DNA of 53,689 bases, filler included, from Dirinaria sp. TL-2023a (Eukaryota): NCBI GenBank assembly GCA_051941275.1. It is 2 parts of 2 records of this genome, joined end to end, with 100 filler letters (N's around TTAATTAATTAA, not from the genome) between each part and the next. Parts side by side here need not be neighbours in the genome. Positions count along the whole stretch, not along the records: positions 26,896 to 53,689 come from JAVEBF010000156.1; 1 more part is not named here. One strand, written 5' to 3'. The notes beneath the pieces are model-generated. The model was not told the origin of the DNA, did no database searches, and was given only the letters and a program-made list of their open reading frames with translations. The stretch's first letter is position 1. Every line of letters starts with the position of its first letter. Made by a program: the position numbers and the translations under genes. Shown here one piece after another: positions 34,675 through 47,585 of this stretch.

Positions 34675-35040
34675 ATATTTGCAGACTCTCTCATCATCTT
34701 GTACGCCATGGCCAACTCCGTTTTTTTGTCGAAAAAGTCAACGGTCTAAGCATTTGGTTCTTGTTTCAAAGAGTCTTATTTTTGGTTTAGTCGAAATCTC
34801 CTCGTTGTCATGCTCTTCCAAGTTGATGCATGTGTCTTGCGGTATTTGAAGGTTTAGAAGGCTACAAAGCCTTTTCATTATCGCCATATGATCGATGCTC
34901 ATTTCATTGGTTTTTCTACCATTACCAATGTAACCTTCTATGATCATTTTCTCCCGTACCAGCCAATCATGAGGTAACACCATGCAGCTAGATCTGTGGA
35001 AACCACTGGAGCTCAATAAAAGTACATTGACCCAATCCAC

Positions 35041-36844
35041 TTATGCTGTTCCCTTCGTTGGAGAGTTGGGTCCTGATTCATACAAAGGTGGCTCCGCCGC
35101 GTGCGATCCTTCGTCAAGGTCCGGCTCGTGAAGCATTGGCTCTGCAGCTTCTCCATCAGCTGCCGCCGATTTCGCAGCATCCAACTCGGCCATCTTCCGC
35201 ATCTTGGTGATCTTGATGTAATTATAAGTCGCAATGCTCGCAATAGTGACCAGTAACCCACTGATGTTGATCGGAGTCAGCGGGTCGTGAAATACAATGC
35301 CGGCAGCGGAGATCGTGACGACTTCCTTGAATATTCCACATATGCTGAGCGTGACGACTGAAGTACGTTTTAGCAGCGCAAACTCCGATGCCGTCATCAG
35401 AAAAGCGAGGAGCCCGGGGAGAAGCAAGATTACGACGGTTTGGAAGGTGCCTTTTTTCTCTGCTAGGATTCTTAAACCTACTTCGAGCTGGCCAAAGCGT
35501 TCAACTGGTATAGCAATTATTGCGAGAGAAACAAACATGACTGGAGCAAGGAAAAAGATGCTGCTGAATGGATTGCTGGTTGCCGGATTTCGTAGCAGAA
35601 GGATCTGTGTCAATGCCCAACGGAATCCAGAGAAGAATGATGATGAGATGATCAGCGCGAAGCCAAGGGCGTCGAATGCGGTTTCGCCAGCGACCATCAT
35701 AATGACACCGACGGTCATGGTCGCAATGATCAGTACAAGCTTCCAAGATGGCTGCTCAAGGCGAAATAGAAAAGCAAACATGAGGACAAACGCTAAAGCT
35801 GAGGATTTACACATCGCTGGACGCATGATCAGTATGCCTTTTTTAGAAGTCTCAGGGGGCTCTTACTGAAAAAGGTCAGGGAGATAAACTTAAGACTCAT
35901 GTTTCCAAGGCCAATATCAAGACCGGTAGCTACTCCACAAGGACCTATGCGTGTGAGATAGAATAACCGAGTCATTAGGGGTTTTGCGGTATCAGTTCGA
36001 GGTTCCTGGGCGCTGTCATGATTATGTGGATTTGTAATACTATCCACCCGAGGGCGAAGGCGCGGTACGAAGTAGAGGACCAATGAGGCCAAAGTGAACT
36101 GAACAAGCATATGCATGCATGTGGTGAACAAAGGGAAGTGAAAATCAAGGTATTTGGGCGAGAACATCCACTTATTGTACTGGAGCTAGTTTCAGCTGGT
36201 GTTCGTCTTGGGATGGAAGGCAGATCTGAGCTTACGATCGATATTGATAGTGAGAAAGCGTACCAAGCTGCAATTAGCAGGGCATTAATAAGTAACGCCT
36301 TGAGAACACTCTTATCTGCCGCTTGTCGTTCTTGCTCAGTTATGTCGCGCGTGCCCATTACACTTTCATCCACTCGGTGGTGTTTTCTTCTCCGTTTTCT
36401 CCTTCTGCCGAGAGCATTCTTGGTCAACCCGGTGTCTTCATTGTCGCTTGGTTCATTGTCTGATGCAAACCGTTCCAACTCAACATCATCACTCATGGAC
36501 GCAGAAGAGAGATCGGAACCATGAGCATTGTCCGCATGCATGGCTGGGTTTGGAGATGCCTCCGCTTTGAGATAACGCTTGGGGCTACTCTTGTCTTCGT
36601 GCTTATGCGCGGTGCTCCCTTGGGAGTGGTTCATCAGCGGTGCTCTTCTCCTTGTATCGCTTGCTTCGTCCATATCAGGCGCCGGCGGATGCACATGTTT
36701 AGTGAGGTCCCCGTCGTGGTTATCGTAGCTCGATACGCTAGATAGGCGGGATGGGCTTATGGTGGGTTGAGGAAAGTGGTCAGCGGACGAGGTATGCTTA
36801 GATCCATGGTCGTGCCGAGCATCATAAGCATTGTTGTCGTCCAT
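35041..36844 (-). CDS. Triose-phosphate transporter family nucleotide-sugar transporter (Ymd8/SLC35C2-like), 3 exons
   Basis: Exons 36844-36236, 36179-35867, 35816-35041. Motifs WYAFSLSISIYNKWMF, FPLFTTCMHMLVQF, DIGLGNMSLKFISLTFFTMCKSS, RTSVVTLSICGIFKE; multiple TM helices. Confidence 0.9.
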
Positions 36845-37766
36845 AGTCAAGGCGCCGATTCTTTCGAGGTCTCCAATTTGTAGCTCAGAACATATACTAC
36901 CGTAGCGATTTAAAGGATCCTTGCCCAAAGGTGTAGCTTCTGAGACTGTAAGAGCTTTGGCTTGCAGCAGAGCTTGCCCGAGCTGCAACCATCGAGACTA
37001 AGGTGACCTTTGATGACGATAGGTGGTCTCGAAACGCTGGCATGCTCTCAACTTCATTCACATCTTGTACGATTGGACCGGCAATTGTACTGAGTCAAGA
37101 ACACGACCATGAAAGGTGGCCGCCAAGCAGTTGGATCGGCCTGAGGTTAGGGTCGAGAGCGCCAAAGGCCGCGGCGGGCCGCCTCGGCACACCTTACATT
37201 ATCAGGGGGGTTTTAGGGTTGAACCCCAGGACCCTAGGTAAGGTACGGTGAGTAAATATCAGAATAAGGTAGGTAAGAAATGCAAACCAAGCCTAATGAC
37301 GAGTCTCGAACTATGAAGCTCGGACCGTGTTTGATAATCTTCGTACTGACATCAAACATGATTTTGCACAGATCATGAAAGTTTGGCGGTCACGAACGAG
37401 CGTATGTTATGTAAACCTCTGTAGGGTTAAAATCAAAAACTCCGAAACAAGAGACATTGCCTCACTATCTGTTCGGAGAAGGTAACGTAAATCGCTGATT
37501 CAGCTGATTAATTGAGGCCAATGGACGTGTCAAAAACTGTACTCCATTACTTGGCAGACTCACTCACGGCTCAAGGATCGCTAATACAGTATTCTGGTTG
37601 TACAAAAGCCATACTTTACTTTCATGTGCTTCTCTATGCGACCTCAAAACCCTTTCCATTTTTCCGAGGGCGCGAGTTTGGCAAGAACTCATGTATGTAA
37701 AAAGGAGCCATGCAGCCCCACGGGCCCACATCGCCTCATACGCGTACACAGTACCTAACCTATACC

Positions 37767-39605
37767 CTATGCTTGGTACGTTGATGCCGAAACATTGCCT
37801 CCTCGGCCTGTCCAGTTGACGTGGTTGTCCTTTCCTTCTGGATATTTCGCACTCGCGAATTCAGGCTTAATCTTAAAAGTGTGCGCACCAAAGTAATCTC
37901 TCTGTGCCTGTAGAAGGTTGGCGGGTAAATCCTTGGTGCGATAGCCGTCGTAGAAACTGAGGGCCGTGCTGAAGGCTGGAGTCGGAATTCCCCACAAAGC
38001 ACCCTTGCTCACAATGTCCCTCCATCCAGGCTGTGCTTTGTGGATCGCTTTATTGAAAAAGTCATCGAACAGCAGATTTTCCAGTTGAGGATCTTTGCGA
38101 TAGGCTGAGGTGATGTCTTTGAGGAAGACTGATCGGATTATACAACCACCTCGCCACATGAGGGCGATGGATGGCTTGTTTAATTTCCATCCGTATTCCT
38201 TGGCAGCCTATACGCCAGTCAGAAGATAAGTCCTTGTACGTCACGGCAAGACTCACATTTTGAATGAGCATAAAACCTTGGGCGTATGAGATGATTTTCG
38301 ACGCGTACAAAGCTTGTTCAAGGTTTGCAAGGAATTCGTCTTTATTCCCAGAGAACTCTGGCTTAGGACCGTCCAGTACCTTGGAAGCACGGGTACGCTC
38401 TTCTTTGATCGAGCTCAGGCATCTAGCAAAAACAGCCTCGCCGATCAAAGTCACGGGCATACCGAGATCCAAAGCATTGATCGCGGTCCATTTGCCGGTC
38501 CCTTTCTGGCCTGCCGAGTCGAGGATCTTCTCTACCAATGGCTTGCCATCATCATCATCGTATCTGAGCACATCACGGGTGATCTCGATCAAAAAGGAAT
38601 CGAGAACTCCCTGGTTCCATTTGTCAAAAACATCCGCCATCTCCTTCCCAGAGAGGCCCAGTCCACGTTTCATGATGTCGTACGCCTAGCATAAATCAGC
38701 ATTACTTCCCTTTTTAGTACGTCGATTAGAAAGAGCTGTACTTCGCATATTAGTTGCATGTCACCATATTCTATGCCGTTGTGCACCATCTTAACATAGT
38801 GACCGGCGCCTTCGTCACCGACCCAGTCGCAGCATGCCTCCCCGTCGCTCTTTGCGGCAATTGACTGGAAGACGTCTTTGATGTACGGCCAAGCCTCCTC
38901 GTTACCGCCAGGCATAAGACTCGGGCCATAGCGAGCACCTTCCTCTCCGCCTGAGACACCGGTTCCAACGAAGCGGAGCCCTTTTTCCGCTAACATCTTC
39001 GTCCGACGATTGGTGTCTGGGAAGTGGGAGTTGCCTCCGTCGATGATGATGTCACCTTTCTCGACAAAGGGTAGAAGCGCGTTGATGAAGTCGTCGACGG
39101 GTTTCCCAGCCATTACCAGCAACATGATGCGGCGTGGTTTCTTGAGCTTCAAGACGAATTCTTGCATGGAATGAGCGCCAATGATTGATTTTCCTAATGA
39201 TGGAAAACGTCAGACTTGGCCTCCTTTCAATGACCGAGTATACCAGCCTTTCGCCTCATTTTCCAAGAATCTGTCGACCTTAGACACGGTGCGGTTGAAA
39301 GCTACCACCTGAAATCCATGGTCTGCCGCGTTCATGATCAGGTTTTGGCCCATGACGGCCAGACCAATGAGGCCGAAGTCACCACTGGGACCAGTCTGCG
39401 CAGGTCCGCCGACATTGATGCCGGCAAGACGGGCGCTATAGTCAGCCAACCAATCTCATCAACAGAGTCCAGAACATATAGCTTGCTTTCCAAGATACGA
39501 AGAGAGAGAGAAGAGCACCATGCAGGATCAAAGCATAATGGTAGAGGGTGTGGATGGTGGGGTAGAAGGAAAGTAGAGCCAAACATACACTGCTTTCTCA
39601 GTCAT
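37767..39605 (-). CDS. GND1: 6-phosphogluconate dehydrogenase, decarboxylating, 5 exons
   Basis: Exons 39605-39589 (MTEKAV), 39435-39248, 39193-38742, 38685-38257, 38207-37767. Motifs GLIGLAVMGQN, IDGGNSHF, KMVHNGIEYGDMQ, GQKGTGKW, QAQRDYFGAH. Confidence 0.96.
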
Positions 39606-41990
39606 ATTGATGATCGGCACTGGTGTTCAAGATGTCGTTTATGATTCAACGACTTTGGGGGAAAGGGATCGAGCGTTTGGATGAGAATGTGAAAAGTTTG
39701 GGAGATGTTATTCGGGGACATAAAACCCTCATCTGCTGGTGTTAAAAGTCTGCCCCCCACTTGGGCCGGATGAATAAGCCAGCACTCAGTGGATAATCGC
39801 TCGAGTGATTACAGCTTCCGCCGGCAAGACGGGCCGGCATTTTGGGGCACAAAGGAAGGGGGGGTTCTGCTTGGCAACACCCAAGCCCTAGAGCACTCAC
39901 GGGTCGCAGTGAACTAGTAGAGTCTTGCTTCATTATTAAGGTAAGGCAAGGTCATCCGCCTGGCAACATGCTGTTACAGTTTCGTTACATTACCGTTCGG
40001 GTAACGCCAAGCGCGTATGCCAAGCAATCATAGGATTTTAGTGTGATGAAACAAGACGATCTCACACGCAGGCAGGTTTTCCGGGTACGAACGGGTCGGA
40101 GGTTTCTTCTGTACGAAGTATCACCATGCCCACTTGAGCTAGTAGCTTGACATGCTTGGCACACTAAGCTATGTACGCTTGGCATGTACTGAATACTTGG
40201 TAGCAAACATGTATTGGCGGTATGAAGGCTTCCATCAATGAGGAAAACTCCATCACTCTTATGCCTACTAGCTGCGAATACTGACACTGTGGGCTAATCC
40301 CCTCTCTGGCCGCTTTTCAATATCGCATCCTTCTTTGGGACATTGGTACTCATAAATGATGGCTTCCAAAAAAAGGGGCCGAATTAGGCCCAGATCACTG
40401 CAGTACTGCCTACCTACACCTATAACCACCGCTCGCTCACGACAATAATATGCAAGACAAGCATTTTACCTAGCCAACGAACCAGAATACCCTCTCACCG
40501 ACCAGCAAAATTAAACCACATACACTAATCAGTCGAGCAATAGTACATAGTTCTTTTGAAAAACTCAAAAGTCATCGGACCTGTGTGTGGAAGATAGCAG
40601 CCATTTTTGTCACCGATGAATCCTCCACATATTAAAAGCCTGCCGTAACATTTTTCATGAAACACACTATTCACACAGCTTCCGACGATTATCGGGCCTC
40701 GGTCGAGACCGCGCGGGCACCGCAAAATGCTGGCACCCTCGGACATTTATTTACTTTGCTCACACGCGTGTTGATTATACAGTTTTCTGCAATTTTGGAA
40801 AATTTCGACATTCAACCAGTGTGGAACACCGACGGCCCTTTTTTTCGTACTAATTACAACGTCTGTCACGAGAAATGATTTGGGGTTTGCAGAAGATTGG
40901 AAATAGGGGGACTTTGGTATGCTGAGAATTGTGATGTTTGTGGGATGGATCTCAAAAGACGTTGGCGTCGAGGAGTGTCAAATCCGCGCAGGGACGCAGT
41001 ATTGAGACCGGGGCCACGCGACTCGAGCGGCAGTTTTTGGGTATATAAAAGAGAGGACTATGGATGATTTTGCTGAAGTACATGGAAAGCGAGGTCTACA
41101 CAGAATGGATAATAGAGCTAAGGAGCATGCTGCACGATCGAGGAGGCTCCCCTTGATATTCCTGGACCGTTTCCAGCACGGGAGAAGATTTGGGGAAGAA
41201 GAGCTTAGGGCTTATGCGAACTAAGCAGGAGACTAGAATCGACTCTTGCGAATCATGAAGCAAAGCTGACGGTGCTGCAGGAAGTCTCGATCTTGCCTTG
41301 TGGCTGAATTTAAAGTGCTTTTCTACGATTGAGCTAGCTTTAGTACTCTTTTTTTTTTTTTGCATCTATCCTATATCCCCACCTCAAAATGGTGCTCGCT
41401 CCTCAACGTTTCTATTCGTGCCTTATGTGGGTTTTGTTCTTTATCTTTCTTTCAAATCCTCTTGTTGTTGCACTGAGGTAAGATGAACGCTTTAACAGTT
41501 TGTCTATTCGACGGTGGTCTTGCATTGATGACCTGATCCATCGACATATCATTAATGTCTTCTATCATGGTCGCTCTGACTTAATTGAGTCGCCGGTTTG
41601 CTTGATAGGTCCCCAAAGGAGCCCTCTGGAAGGGCATGGTCCACTCTAATGGGGAGATTGCAAATCTGCATTTTACAACCTCACCAACCTTGTTCACTGG
41701 CTTGACTTTACTGAGTCATGTCCAATTTCTTAAATGCCTTCCTCGTGTCGCTTGCTATTTCATTGGCATTTTTGCCCATCATGAAATTTGCTGTGAAAGA
41801 AGAGAGGGGTTTCGTGGAGTTGGAATGAACAAAAATCTGTGTATTGTTACCGCCCCCTAGCTTAGTGCCGCGGTACTGTGACATCAGGATCTCGGGAGCG
41901 AAATGCACAGATCAACAATTTGCCACAGAATGTTTTCGGATGTACAACAACGGCGCGAGTGAAAAAAAAAAAAAAAAAAAAAAAAAGACC

Positions 41991-42965
41991 ATGAAGGTCA
42001 CTAAATGCCAGAGAAGGTCTTGCTCGACAGCCTCCTTGCAGACCATTATTCGACCATTCGGAACCCTGATCTCGAAACCCGGGAAACCCTTTCCTGCTGG
42101 GTCTCCTCAGCTGAAGATCCCTTCTTCTGCTGCAAAGTTATGCACGATCGAAGAGCGAAAAGTGGAAGATATATGGATCTACGATATCTCCGCCAAGTCG
42201 TCATCGGTCAAGCCAAAGTCGGTTCCGAGAGACGAAATCCGTTCCACAAAGCGGAGGGTCTACTATATTGCCGGTGGCAGCTTCTGCATGCCTCCTTCAT
42301 CTGACCACTGGAAGTTCGTCACTGAACTCAGTCAGAGAATACCTGAAGTGCACATTAGTCTTCTCAGTCCACCGCTCGCGCCTCATAGCCCAGCGCCATT
42401 GACGTACCCCCAGTTAATGCAGTTGTATCAGGTCTTATTGACTCAATCAAGGGAAACCAACGAATCTGTTTGTTTTGCTGGAGATTCATCGGGCGCAAAT
42501 TTGGCTTTAAGTCTCGTGCTCCAAGGACTCCAAGATTTTCCAACGGTCGAGCCCCCAGAAAACATTCTCTTGATATCGCCAGTGGTCGATCTCAGCTTCA
42601 CGAACCCTAGTATCCGGGAGGTCGAAAAATATGATCCCGTCCTACGGCTGCCAATTGAGATCGAAACCGGTAAATCATGGGCGGCATCCTGGAGACTTGA
42701 CGATCTCAGGCTTTCCCCGCTCTTCGCCAATCTCACCAATTTGAGGACGAACGGGGTCAAAGTACACGGTGTAGTCGGAACCAACGATCTTCTTACGCCT
42801 GACGCGATCAGGTTCAGAGAAATGTGCCAAGAGGAAGGCGTTGAAGGCGAATGGCTAGAGTGGGAGAAGCAAATGCATTGCTTTCCTCTCGCCTGGCATT
42901 ACCATCTTCCAGAGAGTATAGAAGGTAAACACTGGATAGTCGACCTGCTAGACCAGAATATGTAA
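41991..42965 (+). CDS. Alpha/beta hydrolase, hormone-sensitive-lipase-like (abhydrolase_3) esterase
   Basis: Nucleophile elbow AGDSSGANLA, PPLAP motif, LISPVVD, catalytic Asp/His region GTNDLL ... QMHCF. ATG with ACCATG context after a poly-A tract. Confidence 0.85.
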   Translation: MKVTKCQRRSCSTASLQTIIRPFGTLISKPGKPFPAGSPQLKIPSSAAKLCTIEERKVEDIWIYDISAKSSSVKPKSVPRDEIRSTKRRVYYIAGGSFCMPPSSDHWKFVTELSQRIPEVHISLLSPPLAPHSPAPLTYPQLMQLYQVLLTQSRETNESVCFAGDSSGANLALSLVLQGLQDFPTVEPPENILLISPVVDLSFTNPSIREVEKYDPVLRLPIEIETGKSWAASWRLDDLRLSPLFANLTNLRTNGVKVHGVVGTNDLLTPDAIRFREMCQEEGVEGEWLEWEKQMHCFPLAWHYHLPESIEGKHWIVDLLDQNM

Positions 42966-43972
42966 CCTTGACGGGAGCCTCTGTGACTGCCTGGTGGGTT
43001 TGTCAGGATGCGATATGCGCTTTTACCACGCAGTTTATGTGTACTGAAGGGGCCAAATCGTCCTAGCAACTCCATCCTCAGTGTCACCACATCAGTTGAT
43101 TTCCAATAGACTATGAGCCCGGGTTCCCGCTGTGTATACGCACGAACGATGACACTCTCATGCAAAGCGGAAGATTGTTGGCATGATGTATTAATTCTTG
43201 ACATGTCTCGCACACATTGCGCTTCAGACACATCTGAGTCAACCATCTTTCGCATTGACTAAAAATATCGAGGTTTTCGCGTGCGGTTCTTGAAGTCACA
43301 AGGCTTCTAATTGGGTCAAGATCCATGTGTTGAGGCTTGAAGACAACGCTTGGGATCAAGAGGATCAATTTTTTTTCTTCTTCTTTTTTTTCTTTTCTTT
43401 TGTGAGTTAGTCAAACTACGACATCTTTCTAAAGTCCTGCATCGAGCAGATCATTTCTTAGTGCTCTATATCTACAGGCACATTTCTGAAGTCGATCCTG
43501 ACGACGTTCAATCTCGAGTCACTGCGGCAATAAAGGTCTGCATCGAGCAGGCGATGACAACGTGCTCAATACTCTTCCCAGTTTCCGTAGTATACGAACG
43601 AGGTTTGCGAGGTTAAGGTGAGTTTTGGTGTAAAATAGGGGTTGGACGTAGACTTATGCGGAGGTACTTCAGAGCTCTTGTTCGTGCAGGACAATCATAC
43701 TCGAATTGCCCCTTAAATGGTTGGTTCAATACGTGATCCATATCTTGGATTCTACATATTCACCTAGCCTTCGAGAACCATTCTTAATTGGCGTAAGACA
43801 GGAAGCAAACCGTCGGGTGCTTACCTAGGCAAAGAAGAGCTTTAAGGTATGCTCAAGATCCACGGGATTGCGCTACGTAACGTCGATCAAGCATAGACAG
43901 TCTGTTACCACTAGCTACCCATCTCCATCTATTCAACCTACTGACACTGATGCTCAGATATTCGCTCTAATA

Positions 43973-44907
43973 TCAGGTTGAACGAATTACGGAAAATTGC
44001 AGTAACATATTCTCAGGTCTCATCCATGCGACATCTTCCTTTTCTAGCCCAAAAATCTTGAAATCGCCAAGTTCGGCCTTGACGTTCCAGCGCGTACCTG
44101 TTTCCTCACCAACCTGCCGCCACAATTCTCCGAAGCTCTCGACGTTGTGCATGTACATCATGCTCCCGCCTTCCCACTTGGTCTCCACTTCCTCACCAAC
44201 ATCCCCACCCATTTGGCCGCCTAGTACCAGGGTACCGACTTTTGACATGCGGACTATGCGCTTGCACGCCTGAACCTGCTTCTCCCATCCGAACAAATGC
44301 AGTAGGGATCCAGCATACACGGCGTCAATACTACCGTCTAAAGCATTCAGCGCTGATTCATCGTCCAGAACATCTGCCTTTATGAATTGAGCGTTTAGGG
44401 TATCCCGATCTCGGAAGAGATCGTACCCGACTTCCCAAAAATCTGATACGACATCTGTGGCGTACATGTTCTCGGTTGGAGCACCGTCAGCTGCTAATCT
44501 GCGCAGATCTTGCGCCATAGCGCATCCGAGATCGAGAAATGATTGTCCGGACTTTAGTCGGTCCAGCACGTCGCCGTAGTCGCTAGACTGTGAGATTCCA
44601 GGTACCAAGAAACCCCACTGACCAACACATGGATACTGCCGAATTTTCCAGGCTTGCTCACGCTTCCTCAAAAGTCAACAGAGACCGTTCCACTTTCGCT
44701 ACTTCCCCAAGGATTACACTAGCTTACGATTGAGTATAGATGGCGTTCCAGCTCTGAGTCTGACAGACCGCAATACTTCTCGAACAGTTCCCGAGTCGCT
44801 GGTCTTAGCCTTGGCCCGATCTCATCGCGATACCATGGCGCAGAGAAGCCCAGGTCCTCACGAAGAGCAATTTCCGGGCGCTCAAGGCTTTGCTGCGTAG
44901 TGTTCAT
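43973..44907 (-). CDS. SAM-dependent methyltransferase of the fungal secondary-metabolism type (AusD/Trt5-like), 2 exons
   Basis: Exons 44907-44728 and 44662-43973. Motifs RELFEKYCGL...REQAWKIRQYPCVGQWGFL, SAM motif FLDLGCAMAQDLRRL, GYDLFRD, LHLFGWEKQ. Confidence 0.85.
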
Positions 44908-46235
44908 GCTTTATCCAGAGAGTATCCAAATGAATTGAGCGGTAAGGAGGGCTCGATGTATGAGGACTCGAAGATCGATGGCTTTCGGTGAGATAGATTA
45001 TCTATGGTAAATTTGGTGACATAGAAAAAGGATGGTAATAGTAATATGATAGGAAAGAGGATGAAGCTCCAAGGTGCTAGGCGGCTTGCTTATATAGACA
45101 GAGACGGCAAGCCGCAAGCACGGAAGTACGGAAGGGAGAAAGCATACACAAAACTATGCTTTCTGGTAATTGCGTCCTGGAATCCTTAGTGAAAGATATT
45201 CAGTCTTGGAGTAAAGAGACGATCTGCAGATATCCCATTATCAGCCGTAAACAGACGGCAATAACCGCTGCGAACCGACGACGAGGATCTGATGCTATCT
45301 CACAACTGAGAGATATACTGCAGATGGTGCAGTAGCTCAGTATTTACCTCTTTGCACAGGGAACCCATAGGTGGATCAGTGTATGGCATCGCTAATCACA
45401 TACGCCGTGGTAGGCACACATGGTTTCCACTTGGAACAGAAGCGTATTCCATCCTGAGAACGTGGAAGTGGTTTAGATGTCCTTGCATTGCTCCTTCGGG
45501 AATGATTGCAGTGCCGAGTTCCGGGTATCAAGTATGCTCTGGCCGAGATACCCCCACGAACCAGTGGATTTATGTTCCCTGCACAAGGTGAACACGGTTA
45601 TTGTACAGGGGTATGCCTGACATAGATATGAAATCTCGCTAGTGTCGGGCGCACCAGGTGCGAGCTTTGCAATACGGAGGTCAATAGCACGCATACCTAT
45701 TGATTGTACATACTTTTTAGTAGGTGATGAAGTGATCTCAATGATGTCGCTTAAACGACGCGCTAGCGGCTTGATAAGGCTGACTCCGAGGTTCCGCCGA
45801 AGTACTACCGAAAGTAAAGTAGTACTCCAATTTCCCAATTTGCCTCCTTTTATTCACATATGAGAGCAGGCATCCACCAGATGACACCAACAAAGATGAC
45901 GTACGAAGAGCTCTGTTACATATGTTGAGACAGCTTTGCAGCGGGCACAGAGTCGTGGAACGACTTGAGGCCGTGGATGCAGAGAGAATATGAGCCCGGT
46001 TTCAGAGAATTAGATCGTATCGGAGTGTACGCCTACCCTCCTATGAGAATCTCTTTGTTCTGCTCAAAGAATGGCACAACACTCTACTCTCGAAATCAAT
46101 GTTCAACCTTTCATTCACGTCCCAACGTGATTTGAGTAGCACTTAGAAGCCTTTAGGCTACTGTGGAAAGTAGCGTCGCGCTGCCCGAGTTTCACGAGAT
46201 CAGGGTCCACTTTTGGTTGGTTTAGTTGCCTGCCC

Positions 46236-47585
46236 TCATACGCTCTCGGCAGCAGTCTCTCCATTTGCTCGCCAATGTTCAAGAGCAACGAATTCCGAGG
46301 CTATGTGAGAATCCGAAGGTCTACGTGCTCGAGACTTGCTCTCAGTTGGCTTCGTGACCTGAATATCTTGTACAGGCACTAAGTGATCAAAATCGCTACC
46401 TTTTTCGGTGGTCCTCAGATTGCGATTATTTACCAAAGGCCGACGGCTGATAGTTTTGTTGATCCTGGCGACTCTTCGCCGCAGGGGTGGGATTGAGGCG
46501 ATGATAATACCGAGACTTTCCTCAAGGCTCGACCAAAGTCAGTTCCTCAAACTCTTGCTTGTAACTTAGCTCCAGAGACTTACCTAGCCCATATCTCGAC
46601 TGGAACCAGTTCCCCTATGGTCTCATCAATTGCCACGATCTGGGATGCAAGATTGAAGTAAGGTATACATACAAGTCATGTCTTGACTTCTTACTTTAAT
46701 GAGTACCGTCTTCGCGATCGAGCATGCAGCAGTACTTATGCTCCGGTCAGTAAGGCCCTGACGAGGAAGAGCTTCCAATGACAAGTTCTCACAATGTGCC
46801 TAATCCTAAGACCACCCCAATCGCCACTTTAGTTCTTGGATTCATTCGTACCCCACGGATAATGAATAGTGGCAGCAACACACAAAGAAAATCTGTAACG
46901 ACACCGAAAGCTGTCGGAGATTTAGTCGTCTGATGTACTCTTGATTCGGTGCAATTTACCACTGAAGGCTTTAGAGATCTTTTCAACGTCTGATGGCTTA
47001 ATACAATGAGCCTTAATTTCGGGATCCCAAAAACCCTGTATCGGAATGCACTGAAGACACAAGAGTAGCACATTGGCTACCGTCAAGAAGCTCAGTGTGA
47101 TCATGAAGCCCACAAAGATTTGTCGGATAGCTTTATTTGTCCCTGCGATCATTCGAAGAACGAAGAAGCATACAGAAATCTTGACGAAACAAACGCCAAT
47201 GACAACGTGGATTTCCGACGATGCAGTCCATTTCGCAGTCTCTACCAATTGGGCTTTGCTCAAGTAATAGACGTGTCGGCCGTACCCAGCACGAACTTGA
47301 AGCGTAATCAAGGACGAGCCGACAGTGTTTGATGCCTGATGGGCAACAGAGTCAGTGTCAGTCCATGGGAGTTGCGGATTTTCACCGGATCCTAAGTATC
47401 TAGCGTACAAGGGCAGCCAAAATCGTATAATCATCCCATCCCAGGACAACTGAAGGGATTGTGCGGAAAGATATACGCAAAGCAACAACGACCACAGCTA
47501 TGCAGGTTTCTGTCCACACTATGCAAAGTACTAAAGGTCCTCGACTGGTATTCGGGGGTAGCGGAGATGGTAGCTGGCTTGACAT
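46236..47585 (-). CDS. PTH11-like / rhodopsin-domain integral membrane protein without CFEM domain, 6 exons
   Basis: Exons 47585-47409, 47335-46960, 46910-46793, 46734-46673, 46614-46584, 46527-46236. Motifs GWDDYTI, GYGRH, KISVCFFVLR, QCIPIQGFWD, TDFLCVLLP, EESLGIIIASIPPLR. Confidence 0.85.

Noticed and set aside
37205..37240. TTAGGG-like sequence
   Set aside because: Isolated copies, not a telomeric array.
41042..41224. TATATAAAA followed by a 54-codon ORF (MDDFAEVHGKRG...)
   Set aside because: The ATG is too close to the TATA box for a typical transcript, and the peptide has no recognisable features.
45326..45400. GGTGCAGTAGCTCAGT resembles a tRNA 5' end
   Set aside because: No D-loop GG, no GTTCRA T-loop and no convincing cloverleaf.
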